From: Armatimonadota bacterium
GTDB lineage: Bacteria > Armatimonadota > UBA5829 > DTJY01
Assembly: GCA_017993055.1 (NCBI GenBank)
Contig: JAGONM010000020.1
Span: 4,075-68,074, forward strand
Direction of reading: 5' to 3'
Length of the DNA stretch: 64,000 bases
Shown here: piece after piece, positions 49,416 through 58,592 of the stretch
Layout: the number at the start of each line of letters is the position of its first letter
How positions within the stretch are numbered: position 1 is the first letter of the stretch
Position numbers and translations under genes: made by a program
The notes under the pieces: model-generated
Databases searched by the model: none
What the model was told of the DNA's origin: nothing
The model's input: only the letters and a program-made list of their open reading frames with translations

Positions 49416-50183
49416 CTAGAGTGCGTGGTCGTCCGCCTCAGCGTCAATATGGCCGATGACCTTGTCGCCGTTCAGGAACTCGATGCGGCCGTCCTTGTAG
49501 CGCACGCGGACCTTGCCGTCGTCGTCGAGAGCGATATCGTGCCCGTGCATGTGGATGCCGGTGCCGTACTTGCCTGCCACGTCGAGGCCGGTTTCACCGA
49601 CCCCGTTCAGTCCGATGCCTTTGTCCACATGCCCCTCGCCGTGGACCTGGATGCCGTACTGCATCGGCTCTCCCGGGAGCATCTGGATGTTCAGCCCGAT
49701 CATCTGGGTCGAGTCGGGCCCGGTGTAGCGGTTCGTCATCTCGATGTTCATGCCGAGCGCGACCGCCCGCCCGTGATTGAAGACCTCCGAGTGCAGACCG
49801 CACGACCACCCCGGCCCGTTCTTGGTCAGGCGGGAGCAGAGGACGCACGCGTCGCCGCCCGTGTGGTGGGTGGTCAGGTGCGAATAGATCGTCCAGGGAT
49901 AGGAGGTGCCGTTCCCCTTCTGCTCGTGCATCAGCGAGAGAATCTCCTGGGTGCCGACGGTCCCGGTGGTCTCGTCGGACCGCTCGAAGCGTATCATGGT
50001 GTCGAGCGGCTCCATCGGCGGGCGTCCCTTGTAGACGCTGCTCTTGAGCACCTGGCCCTCGGTCGTGAGCGGGCCTTCCTCGGTCTGCGGTGTGTCGGCG
50101 GCGAGCGCCTTCCGTCCGAGCAGCCCTCCCGCGAGTGCGAGCAGCCCTCTCACGATGAAGTTCCTGCGGCGTGACGTGTCCAT
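49416..50183 (-). CDS. Tat-secreted hypothetical protein, His/Gly-rich
   Basis: MDTSRRRNFIVRGLLALAGG Tat motif. Repeated GxHxxGxG segments. GGAGGTACCA RBS. Confidence 0.4.
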   Translation of the reverse strand: MDTSRRRNFIVRGLLALAGGLLGRKALAADTPQTEEGPLTTEGQVLKSSVYKGRPPMEPLDTMIRFERSDETTGTVGTQEILSLMHEQKGNGTSYPWTIYSHLTTHHTGGDACVLCSRLTKNGPGWSCGLHSEVFNHGRAVALGMNIEMTNRYTGPDSTQMIGLNIQMLPGEPMQYGIQVHGEGHVDKGIGLNGVGETGLDVAGKYGTGIHMHGHDIALDDDGKVRVRYKDGRIEFLNGDKVIGHIDAEADDHAL

Positions 50184-50194
50184 TGGTACCTCCA

Positions 50195-50230
50195 GTCAGA
50201 CGAGTCATAAATATCGGACGGGTCTGACTA
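50195..50230. repeat. Family A array (degenerate)
   Basis: GTCAGAC ga GTCATAA at ATCGGAC gg GTCTGAC with 9-bp spacing. Overlaps the GH2 stop (50228-50230) and lies 12 nt upstream of the 49416 gene start. Confidence 0.45.
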
Positions 50231-52920
50231 CCGAATCGGTGATCCGCACCTCCGCACGGTCGGAAGCGGCGCATCCTCCGGCCAGGGGACCTCGTACGGG
50301 ATGCCCGGCAGGAGGTCGAAGACGTCGTCCGCGGCGGGCGAATCGCAATCCGGGTCGAGGCAGACCGCCCAGACGAAGGTCGGCGACGCGAACACCGCCC
50401 GATCTCCCCGTCGCTCGATCTCGATCTTCGGCTCGGCAAACTTCAGATCCTTGAATCGCGTGACGAAGACCCTGTTCTGGCTGACGGTGATTCCGTCCTT
50501 CAGCAGGATGGCGAACGCGCCGGACGAGTCCTCTCCCAGTGACCTCCAACTCTCCATCGGTATCTCGCCAATGATTGTCGAGGCGTTCGGCGCGAGCGTG
50601 ACCTTCACCTCCCCCAGCCCCTCCTTGTCAAGGAGGGGAGCAGCGCTGTCCCCCTTGATAAGGGGGACCGGCCTCTGGGCCGAGGGGGTCTCCCCACCGT
50701 CGAGCCGGAAGAGCCCGAAGCGGACCTCGCCGGTCCACGGTTCGGGCGTGTCGTTGACCCCGAAAATGAGTACCTTTTCGCCGTCCGTAACCGGTATCAC
50801 GTGCACCGGCGCGAAGGCCCGGCGGACCGGGTGGTATGCGAGCTTCCGGCGCAGGTAGTAGTCCACGATCGTCCACCCGTGGCTCGCGGGCCAGCAGTCG
50901 TTGTACATCCAGAAGATCGCCGACGACGAGCTGAACATCCGCCGGCGGAAGTTGTTCGAGTACTCTTGAAGCCCCTCGGCCTGAAGGATCCCGCTGTAGA
51001 AGCAGTAGTCCTCGAACGAGAGGTCGTCCGGCGTCTTCCCGAGCCACCGCTCCAGGATGTCGTAGCACACCCCCGAATCCTGCCAGTAGTTGCAGGCGTT
51101 GTCGTGGAACTCCCAGGATGGCGAGAAGACGCGCCGCTGGTCCTCGGGGAGGAACTGCCTGAGGGTCGCCATCCCGGACGCGCCCAGCACTCCGCCCTCG
51201 TTCGGGAAGCGGCTCACGTCCTTCCGGTACTCCCAGAAGTCTCCCTTGCCCGCGCCGAGCGAGACGTGCCAGGGATGCTGGTCGCCGGTCGTCGGGTCGG
51301 TCGGGTGGCGGCCCTCGGTGGAGTAGGGCGAGCTCGGCCAGTAAGGGCGCGACGGGTCCTCCTGCTTCACGATGCGCGGGATCTCCAGGTGATAGAGCGC
51401 GTAGTCCGGGTGCGGGTGATTGCGGTCGAACCCCCACGACCACGCCGCCCACTCGAGCTCGTTGTTCCCGCACCAGACGAGCAGGCTCGGGTGGGGGGAG
51501 AGGTCGCGCACCTGATGGGTTATCTCCCGGCGGACGTTCTGCAGGAACCCCGCGTCGTCGCTCGGGTACTTCGCGCAGGCGAAGATGAAATCGTGCCAGA
51601 CGAGCACCCCCATCTCGTCGCAGGCGTCCAGGAAGGCGTGGTCCGCGTAGAGCCCTCCGCCCCAGACGCGCAGGGCGTTGACGTTCGCCTCGACAGCGAG
51701 CCGGACGAGCTTCCGGTAGTGGTCGGCGTCCGGCCGCGCGTAGATCATGTCGGCCGGCACCCAGTTGCCGCCCTTGGCGAAGATCGGCCTGCCGTTCACC
51801 TCGAGTATGAAGTGCTCCCCCACCACCGGATGCTTGTCCTGGTTGATGCGGATGTTCCGGATGCCGGTGCGCCTGGCCGCCGCGTCAACCACCTCTCCGT
51901 CAACGAGCAGCTCGATCTCGACGGTGTAGAGCGGCTGTCCCCCGTGGGGGATCGGCCACCACAGCTCCGGGTCCGCGATCTCGACCGAGACGTCCTGGCG
52001 GGAGATGCCGGCCGGGAGTTCGACCTCAAGCTGTCCCCCTTGCCAAGGGGGACCGGCTTCCGGGCCGAGGGGGTTCTGTGTCGCGCGGCCTTCCGAAACC
52101 TCCCCCAACCCCTCCTTGATAAGGAGGGGAGCGTCCCGGCTGTCCCCCTTGCCAAGGGGGACCGGCCTCCGGGCCGAGGGGGTCTGGGGTCCGGACACCC
52201 GCACCTTCACGACCGCCTTCCGTTCGTCCGGGCTGTCCACGAAGACCCGCGCGTTGACGACCGCGCTCCTGCGGTCGTCCGAAAGCTCCGGGAACACCGC
52301 GACCGCGTCAATCCTCGGGGCGGAGGTCCACTCGAGTCGCACCGGCCGCCAGATGCCGACGTTGATCAGCCTCGGGCTCCAGTCCCAGGAGAACGAGTTC
52401 TGCGGCTTCCGGAGCCAGGGGCGCTTCGTCAGCCGGTTCTCGAGGCCGCCCGCGTACCCTTCCGCCTGCTTCTCCGCCACGGAGTAGAGGCCGCTCTCGA
52501 TCCGCACCGCTAGGACGTTCTCCCCCGCCTTCAGTTTCCCGGTGACGTCGAGCCTGCACGGTACGAAGCAGTTGTCGTGCTTCCCGATCTCCTCGCCGTT
52601 CAGGTAGATAACCGCGTCGAGGTCGAGGCCCTCGAAGACGAGCCATGCGCGCCGGGAGAGCGACTCCTCCGGCGCGTCGAACCGCGTGCGGTAGACCCAC
52701 ACCTGCTCCTCGACCCATCGGGCGGCCTGCGCGTTCAGGCCGAAATTGCAGTCCCCGATCAGCCCCTCGCGCTCGAGGTCCAGGTGGACCTCGCCGGGGA
52801 CGCGGGCTTCGATGAATATGCGCTCGTCGGCGTCCGGGCCGAGGTAGCTCTCCGGGCGGCCGTGCTGGCCGTCGAACCCTCTCAGCTTCCAGGCGCCGTT
52901 CAGACTCAATGTTGACAGCA
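50228..52920 (-). CDS. Glycoside hydrolase family 2 (beta-mannosidase/beta-galactosidase-like) containing in-frame repeat-derived insertions
   Basis: MLSTLSLNGAWKL... GH2 N-terminal sugar-binding and TIM-barrel regions. ATG 52920 with GAGGAG RBS; ORF-track start 52978. Insertions encode PVPL(G/I)KGDS..APLL(I/D)KEGLGEV. Confidence 0.65.
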
Positions 52921-53003
52921 TTGGGACTCCTCTGGTGGTTGCTGGGGAGATTGTACTCCGTGGGGCGAGCGCGCGCAAGGGGGCGGCTCGCCCCTGCTCG
53001 CAA

Positions 53004-53036
53004 TCGTACTCGTACTCCTACTCGTACTCGTACTCG
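53004..53036. repeat. (TACTCG)n hexanucleotide microsatellite, about 5.5 units
   Basis: cgTACTCGTACTCcTACTCGTACTCGTACTCGaa, about 90 nt upstream of the GH2 start. Confidence 0.7.
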
Positions 53037-53063
53037 AACCCGGGCTGGCCTACCGCCGTCACC

Positions 53064-53136
53064 TTGCCGTCATGCCGGACTCGATCCGGCATCCAGGAAG
53101 GCGCTTGATCCTGAACCGAGTTCAGGATGACGTGGT
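53064..53136. repeat. Family C structured repeat
   Basis: gCCGTCAtgccggaCTCGAtccggcat...atcctgaacCGAgttcaggaTGACGtgg. Confidence 0.5.
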
Positions 53137-53339
53137 CGTTGCGCGACGGAGACCGTGAGCCCTGAGTGCGCGCTCCGGCGCGTGCCCTGAACTCGTTTCA
53201 GGGGAAGGGCGGCTGGGGCCGCAATCCCCCGCATTTCGCCAAGACACATGGGCCGTTTACGCAGGCCCGCCCACAAAGCGGGCCTGCAAACGTGGCCTTC
53301 CGTGAAATGCATCTTCGCCCTTATCAGATTCGCGCTCGG

Positions 53340-53640
53340 AACTTGTGCAGTTGCGCAACACTATATACTGCGCAAGTTCTTGCGCAACTCGGTTCACGCT
53401 CAGACCTTCGGAAGTACGGCAACACTATATAGTGCCGAAGGTCTGCCGAACCTGGTCGCGGCCTCTGAGGTTTCGCGTTTTCGCCAGACACTATATGGCG
53501 AAGAGCTTGGCGAAAACCATCTAGCGCCGCCACCTTCTGCAGATGCACCCATATAGTGCAAAGGGTTCTGCAAGAGGTATATCTTCCGCCCGGGCGAACA
53601 TCCGCCATCCGCCGAACCATATATGGCGGACGTCCTGGCG
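53340..53640. repeat. Array of five palindromic modules (about 60-68 bp period), each with a (C)CAcTATATAgTG(G) core flanked by module-specific inverted words
   Basis: Cores are CACTATATACTG (53359), CACTATATAGTG (53423), CACTATATGG (53489), CCATATAGTG (53548) and CCATATATGG (53617). Flanking words are TTGCGCAA, CTTCGG/CCGAAG, TTCGCCA/TGGCGAA, TGCAC/GTGCA and CCGCC/GGCGG. Confidence 0.6.
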
Positions 53641-53655
53641 GACGTTGTCGTTCGG

Positions 53656-55569
53656 TCACTTCCCCCCGTCCGACGCCAGCCGGTCCCGGTGGAACTGGAC
53701 GCGCTTCTGCGCTTCACCCGGCTCCCATGTCTCGCGAAAGACCGTGACCTTCTCCTCCGCCACCGTCCGGGCGAACTGCTCGACGAGTGCCGCGTAGTCC
53801 ACGCCCTCGCGCCTCGTCCCCGGCACGAGCTCGCCCCCGTCGGTGTTGAACCCGAGGCCCCGGCACAGCTCCGTGTAGATGACCGGGAGCTTCGCCAGCC
53901 TCACCCTCCGCGCGGTCTCGGGCGTCCGGGCCAGCTTCTCCGCCGCCTCGAAGAGCGCGAGCGACTTCTCCCGGAACCCCGTCGAGAGGAAGCCGATGTC
54001 CGGCGTGTACCGGATGCTCGCCATCAGCGGGTTGTCGTCAGTGTGCGGCCTGCCGTGGTAGTCCTCCCAGATGTCCCACAGCAGGTCGTTGTACTCCCAT
54101 ATCGGCCCGGCGGCCGCCCCGTAGTAGCCGAATACAAAGTCCCTCATCAGCGCGCGCGTGTCGAGCGAGGGGTCCCAGAGCTGTTTCGCCCAGACCCAGC
54201 TTCGGAGGATGCCGTTGTCCGATCCGGGGCTCTGATAGGAGCCCTGGAGCATGACCCCCTTTGCGTTGTGCTCGATGTACCAGCGGATGTCCGGCGTCAC
54301 GACCTGCATATTCGGCATCGGGAGCGAGTAGTGGCTGAAGTTCGTCGTGTAGTCCCAGATGTGCGTCGTCGCGCCGAGCGCCGCCCAGGCCTTCATCGCC
54401 GCTTGGAACTTCTCGGTCTCGGTGACGAGTAGGAACGGCCTGCTCCAGGCGTGGCTGTCGGTGCACAGCTGGATGGCGACGTTGTCACGCGGCTTGATGG
54501 TCTTCGGCGGCATGAACGTGCCGAGGTAGGCGAGGGTGGATACCTTCACGCCCGAGAACTCGCCGCGGATCGCGTCGGCGACCTCGTTGCAGAACTTGAT
54601 GAGCGTGCCGGACTTCGAGCCCTCGGCGTCGTCTATCGCCCTGCACTGCGCGCACTCGCAGTAGCCCGTGGTGTCGTTCGGGGAGACGCTGATGATCTCG
54701 CTGTGCGGCATCTCCCTGAGCTTCGCCTTGACGCCCTCGACGACGATCCTCAGCACGTCGGGGTTCGTGAGGCAGAGCTGGACGGGCTTGCGCTCGCCGT
54801 TCAGCTCGGAGTAGTACTCGGGATGGTCCTTGAAGTACTTCGCCTGCGGGACGAGCGCCTCGTAGGTGTGGACGAACATGGCGTAGTCAATGTATCCGCC
54901 GAACTCCTCCGGTACGGCCGCCCACGGGGAATTCGTGCGGTTCATAAGCGACCACGCGCCGTCGAATGCGTCCCAGTAGAAGGGGTCGCGTATCTCCAGC
55001 ACGGGCGCGAACCGCCTCGGCACGGGCCGGAACCTCAGGTCGGGGGTCTTCGGGACCGAGGCGTAGTCGGCTGCCGCGGCCGACTGCCGATCATACCAGC
55101 GGCACCCCAGGTCCTCCTCCAGCAGCGCGAGTACGGCGTTGATCGGGCCGCGCGTCTTCCCGCCGAGCAGGAAGAGCGTCCTGCCCCTGACCGCGATCTC
55201 GTACCCCTCGTTCCCGAGGTCGGACGGCGGGATGCCCGACTTCTCGAGGAGCGACGTGCGCCCGATGCTGATCGCCCTGCCGGATGGCTTGTACCCGTCC
55301 ACCTCCACCGCGATCGGGAACTCCGCCCCGGTCATCTCGCCGAGCCACTTCCTCAACTCGGTCGCCGCCTTTTCCTCCTGGGAGGTCGGGCTCGAGGGGA
55401 GGACTATGGTGTAGGCGGTCTTCCCGCCGGATGCGAGGGTCAGCTCCGGGCCGGGCTTCCCCTTGGGCTTGAGGGCGTTCTTCCACTCGGGATGGGGGCT
55501 CGCGCAGGCGCATATTCCGGCGGCCACGAGCGTAAGTACGGTAAGCCGTATCAGGTCCGTGCAGTTCAT
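53656..55569 (-). CDS. Secreted DUF4838-like protein (paralog of 11092-12831)
   Basis: Signal peptide. LCLTNPDVLRIV and CECAQCRAI motifs shared with the other paralog. Confidence 0.4.
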   Translation of the reverse strand: MNCTDLIRLTVLTLVAAGICACASPHPEWKNALKPKGKPGPELTLASGGKTAYTIVLPSSPTSQEEKAATELRKWLGEMTGAEFPIAVEVDGYKPSGRAISIGRTSLLEKSGIPPSDLGNEGYEIAVRGRTLFLLGGKTRGPINAVLALLEEDLGCRWYDRQSAAAADYASVPKTPDLRFRPVPRRFAPVLEIRDPFYWDAFDGAWSLMNRTNSPWAAVPEEFGGYIDYAMFVHTYEALVPQAKYFKDHPEYYSELNGERKPVQLCLTNPDVLRIVVEGVKAKLREMPHSEIISVSPNDTTGYCECAQCRAIDDAEGSKSGTLIKFCNEVADAIRGEFSGVKVSTLAYLGTFMPPKTIKPRDNVAIQLCTDSHAWSRPFLLVTETEKFQAAMKAWAALGATTHIWDYTTNFSHYSLPMPNMQVVTPDIRWYIEHNAKGVMLQGSYQSPGSDNGILRSWVWAKQLWDPSLDTRALMRDFVFGYYGAAAGPIWEYNDLLWDIWEDYHGRPHTDDNPLMASIRYTPDIGFLSTGFREKSLALFEAAEKLARTPETARRVRLAKLPVIYTELCRGLGFNTDGGELVPGTRREGVDYAALVEQFARTVAEEKVTVFRETWEPGEAQKRVQFHRDRLASDGGK

Positions 55570-55610
55570 GTATCACCTCGTCTGTTTGGGTCTCGGGTCC
55601 AGGAGCCGTC

Positions 55611-55657
55611 AGTCTCGAGTAGGCTTCTCCGGAAACCGTATCGAGAGACGGTCATGC
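55611..55657. repeat. Family D repeat (second copy)
   Basis: GTCTCGAGTAGGCTTCTCCGGAAACCGTATCGAGAGACGGTCA. Confidence 0.6.
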
Positions 55658-55759
55658 AGTCACGATGGTATCACGTCCGATCGGGAGGGTCAAACCGCGG
55701 TTGAACCGAGGCCACGGAGTGTGGGACAATGGCCTGGAGACTAAGCACGGAGCCCTGCC

Positions 55760-56785
55760 TTGGACGATTGTCGTACGATACTCAACGACCCCGATCTGAT
55801 CGCCGCGCGCGAGGCCCACTTCGCGCGGCTCCGGTCGCTGTTCGCCGGCGGCGCGCTCCCGACCGCCTTCGTCCTTCACGGCGTTCCGGGCGTCGGGGCG
55901 TCGAACCCCTACACGGAGACCGAAAGGTGGATGCGCGAGGCCGCCGCCGATCTCGCCGCGAAAGCCGGCTGCCTCCGGGACGCCGAGGTGTTCCGCCCGC
56001 CGGTGATCGGGTTCGGGCCGTACGGGGTGCATTTCGTTGACCGGATGTTCGGGGCGCATGTGTACGAGTTGCACGAGAACAACTGGCAGGTGAGGCCGCT
56101 CGATCAGCCGATCGGTATGTTGGCGACACCGGATATGGACGGGGATGACACATGGGCGCTTGCGAGGAGAGCGGCGGAGGCGTTCCTCGGCCTGGGGGTG
56201 TCGGTCCCTCTGTTCGGGCTGCCGACTATCGCCAGCGCGCTGAACGTGGCCCTCAACCTCTACGGGCAGGAGATCCTGCTCGCCCTGCACGAGCGCCCGG
56301 AAGCGGCGAGGCGCGACCTGAAGATCATCAACGATCTCCTGTGCTTCATGCACACGTGGTTCATCGAGCGCCTGCCGTTCGAGCAGCTTCAGCCGGTGGT
56401 GGCGGGATTTCGGACTCAGCCGCCGGGGCACGGGCAGTTGTGCGGGTGCTCCACCCAGCTTCTTCCGCCGGGACTCTACCGGGACTTCGTCGCGGAGTTG
56501 GACGATGCGCTCCTCGGCGCCTACCCGTACGGCGGGATGATCCACCTCTGCGGGACGCACACACAGCACATCCCCGTGTGGAAGGAGATGCGGTCCCTGA
56601 AGTGCCTCCAACTCAACGACCGCGCGGCGGAGGACCTGCAGCCCTATTTCGAGGGCCTGCGCGACGACCAGGTGTTCTACGTCAACCCGTGCCCCGGCAT
56701 GACGGTCGAGCGGATCATGGAGATCACCGGCGGGCGGAGAGTCGTGATCGTGGCGGACATCGAGCCGCCGTCATGCCGAACCTGA
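55760..56785 (+). CDS. Hypothetical protein
   Basis: 341-aa ORF with a TTG start and weak RBS. No recognised family. Coding status is moderately supported by length and codon usage only. Confidence 0.3.
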   Translation: MDDCRTILNDPDLIAAREAHFARLRSLFAGGALPTAFVLHGVPGVGASNPYTETERWMREAAADLAAKAGCLRDAEVFRPPVIGFGPYGVHFVDRMFGAHVYELHENNWQVRPLDQPIGMLATPDMDGDDTWALARRAAEAFLGLGVSVPLFGLPTIASALNVALNLYGQEILLALHERPEAARRDLKIINDLLCFMHTWFIERLPFEQLQPVVAGFRTQPPGHGQLCGCSTQLLPPGLYRDFVAELDDALLGAYPYGGMIHLCGTHTQHIPVWKEMRSLKCLQLNDRAAEDLQPYFEGLRDDQVFYVNPCPGMTVERIMEITGGRRVVIVADIEPPSCRT

Positions 56786-56868
56786 TTCGGCGCGCACCGG
56801 TCCGACCGTCATGCTGGACTCGTTTCAGCATCCGGACCGCGGACCCCGAGCCAAGTTCAGGGTGACGC
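56768..56868. repeat. Family C structured repeats (two tandem units) between convergent genes
   Basis: gCCGTCAtgccgaaCCTGAttcggc... aCCGTCAtgctggaCTCGTTtcagcat... Also carries a single GTCCGAC unit (56801). Confidence 0.5.
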
Positions 56869-56869
56869 C

Positions 56870-58534
56870 TCAGGCCTCTTCCGCCGCCAGGTTCGTCTTC
56901 GACGCAGGGAAGAATAGGCTGACGATGTAGGCCGAGATCAGGCTCGCGGCGAGTGCGGCGGGCAGGATGAACGTGAACGACATATAGACAGGCTGGTAGT
57001 TCGCCTGGTGCAGGACCGCCGCGTGGTACCAGGTCGTGATCTCCGTGTAGTAGGAGATTAGTCCCGCCACCAGGAAGCCGACGACGATCGAGACCCACGC
57101 GCCCTGCCGGTTGCACCGTTTCATGAAGAACGCCATGATGAACAGGGCCGCGAGCGGGGCGACGAAGAACCCGTTGATCTTCTGCGCGACTTCCATGAAG
57201 TTGCCGGGGATCAGCCTCTGCAGGAAGCTCACCCCGATGCTGGCCGCGCCGATCACCACGGCCATGATCTTCGCGCGCCTGAGCTGGGCGTCCGGGTCGA
57301 GGCCCCGGGCGAACACCTTCTCGAAGTCAACCATCAGCACCGTGCTGATCGAGCTGATGCCGGACGAGATGCTCGACATCGCGGCGGCGAAGAGGGCCGC
57401 GAGCAGGAGCCCGGAAACTCCCGGAGGCAGTACGTGCGCGATGAACCAGGGGAACACCTTGTCCGCCGCGTGGGTCAGGGTGTAGTACTGCTTTGCCATC
57501 CCCCCGAGCGACATCCAATGCTGAAGTTCGTCGGGCTTGACGTCGGGCTTCAGGACGTTCAGCGCCGGAACGACGTTAAGGTTCGCCTGGAAGAACCCGA
57601 GCAGGGCAAACCCGCATAGCGCGAGCACCGCTCCGAGCACGAGGTTGGCGAAGGAGTTCGTCAGGAAGCTCTTCCTGGCGACGGCCGCGTTTCGGGTGCT
57701 CAGGTAGCGCTGGATCGCCATCTGGTCGGAGCTGGCGGTGCAGATCCACCAGATCACGTAGTACACGATGATCCCCAGAACGGTGATGCGCTGAGACATG
57801 TCGGTGAGCGGCCTCGTGATCGCGCTGGGATACGCGGGGACCTTCGGCCAGTTCAGCAGCGGCTTGACCTCCGGGCTGCCGAGGTCCGGCCACCATCCGG
57901 TGAAGCTGTGCGCGTGAACCATCGCATAGATGGTGACCAGCGCCGCCCCGACTATCAGTATGACCGCCTGGGTGGAGTCCGTGATCATCACGGCGCGGAT
58001 GCCCCCGGCTGTCGTGTATACGGTCGTCACGACGCCGACCGCGATGAGGATGTACTCGATCGGCCAGCCCGTCATCGCGGCCAGGGCGACGCTGCAAGTG
58101 TAGATCACGAGCCCCGACCACGCGAGCCTGGTCAGCACGAACAGTACGGCGGCGGCCTTCCGGATGCCCGGGCCGAACTGCGCCTCCAGAAGTTGGTAGC
58201 CGGAGACGATTCGGTGGGCCATGATGCGCGGGATGATCACGTAGCCTATCGGGACGAACGCGATCCAGACGGCCAGCGACCCCCACAGCACGCCGTACCC
58301 GTTCTTGATGATCTCGCCGGGGGTCGTCAGGTAAGTGATCGTGCTGACGAGGGTCGCCATCGTCGAGAGTCCGACGATGAACCACGGCATGCTCCGCCCG
58401 CCGAGGTAGTACTCCTCGGTGCTGGTCTGCCTGCGCGAGCAGATCCACCCGATGCCGAGCATCGCTGCCCCGTATGCAAGGACGACCAGGTAGTCCCAGA
58501 TCGTCAGTCCGCCGATTACTGTCTCAGATGACAC
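56870..58534 (-). CDS. Sodium:solute symporter (SSS/SLC5) family transporter
   Basis: Polytopic membrane protein, 550 aa, with an SSS-like TM pattern. GTG 58534 with GGAGG RBS is preferred over the ORF-track TTG at 58549. Confidence 0.6.
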   Translation of the reverse strand: MSSETVIGGLTIWDYLVVLAYGAAMLGIGWICSRRQTSTEEYYLGGRSMPWFIVGLSTMATLVSTITYLTTPGEIIKNGYGVLWGSLAVWIAFVPIGYVIIPRIMAHRIVSGYQLLEAQFGPGIRKAAAVLFVLTRLAWSGLVIYTCSVALAAMTGWPIEYILIAVGVVTTVYTTAGGIRAVMITDSTQAVILIVGAALVTIYAMVHAHSFTGWWPDLGSPEVKPLLNWPKVPAYPSAITRPLTDMSQRITVLGIIVYYVIWWICTASSDQMAIQRYLSTRNAAVARKSFLTNSFANLVLGAVLALCGFALLGFFQANLNVVPALNVLKPDVKPDELQHWMSLGGMAKQYYTLTHAADKVFPWFIAHVLPPGVSGLLLAALFAAAMSSISSGISSISTVLMVDFEKVFARGLDPDAQLRRAKIMAVVIGAASIGVSFLQRLIPGNFMEVAQKINGFFVAPLAALFIMAFFMKRCNRQGAWVSIVVGFLVAGLISYYTEITTWYHAAVLHQANYQPVYMSFTFILPAALAASLISAYIVSLFFPASKTNLAAEEA

Positions 58535-58556
58535 GTATACCTCCGCCAAACCGCAG

Positions 58557-58592
58557 AATGGGACGCATGGGACCCATAGGACCTATGCGCTG
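58557..58592. repeat. Family B array
   Basis: AATGGGACG CATGGGACC CATAGGACC TATGCGCTG. Overlaps the stop of the 58583 gene and lies 20-60 nt upstream of the symporter start. Confidence 0.6.

Noticed and set aside
53340-53640. CRISPR array interpretation of the phased palindromic modules, and likewise of the 9-bp Family A/B arrays.
   Set aside because: The conserved cores are only 10-12 bp, the spacers have internal inverted symmetry tied to the core, and there are only five units. The 9-bp arrays are far too short for CRISPR repeats. No cas genes are present.
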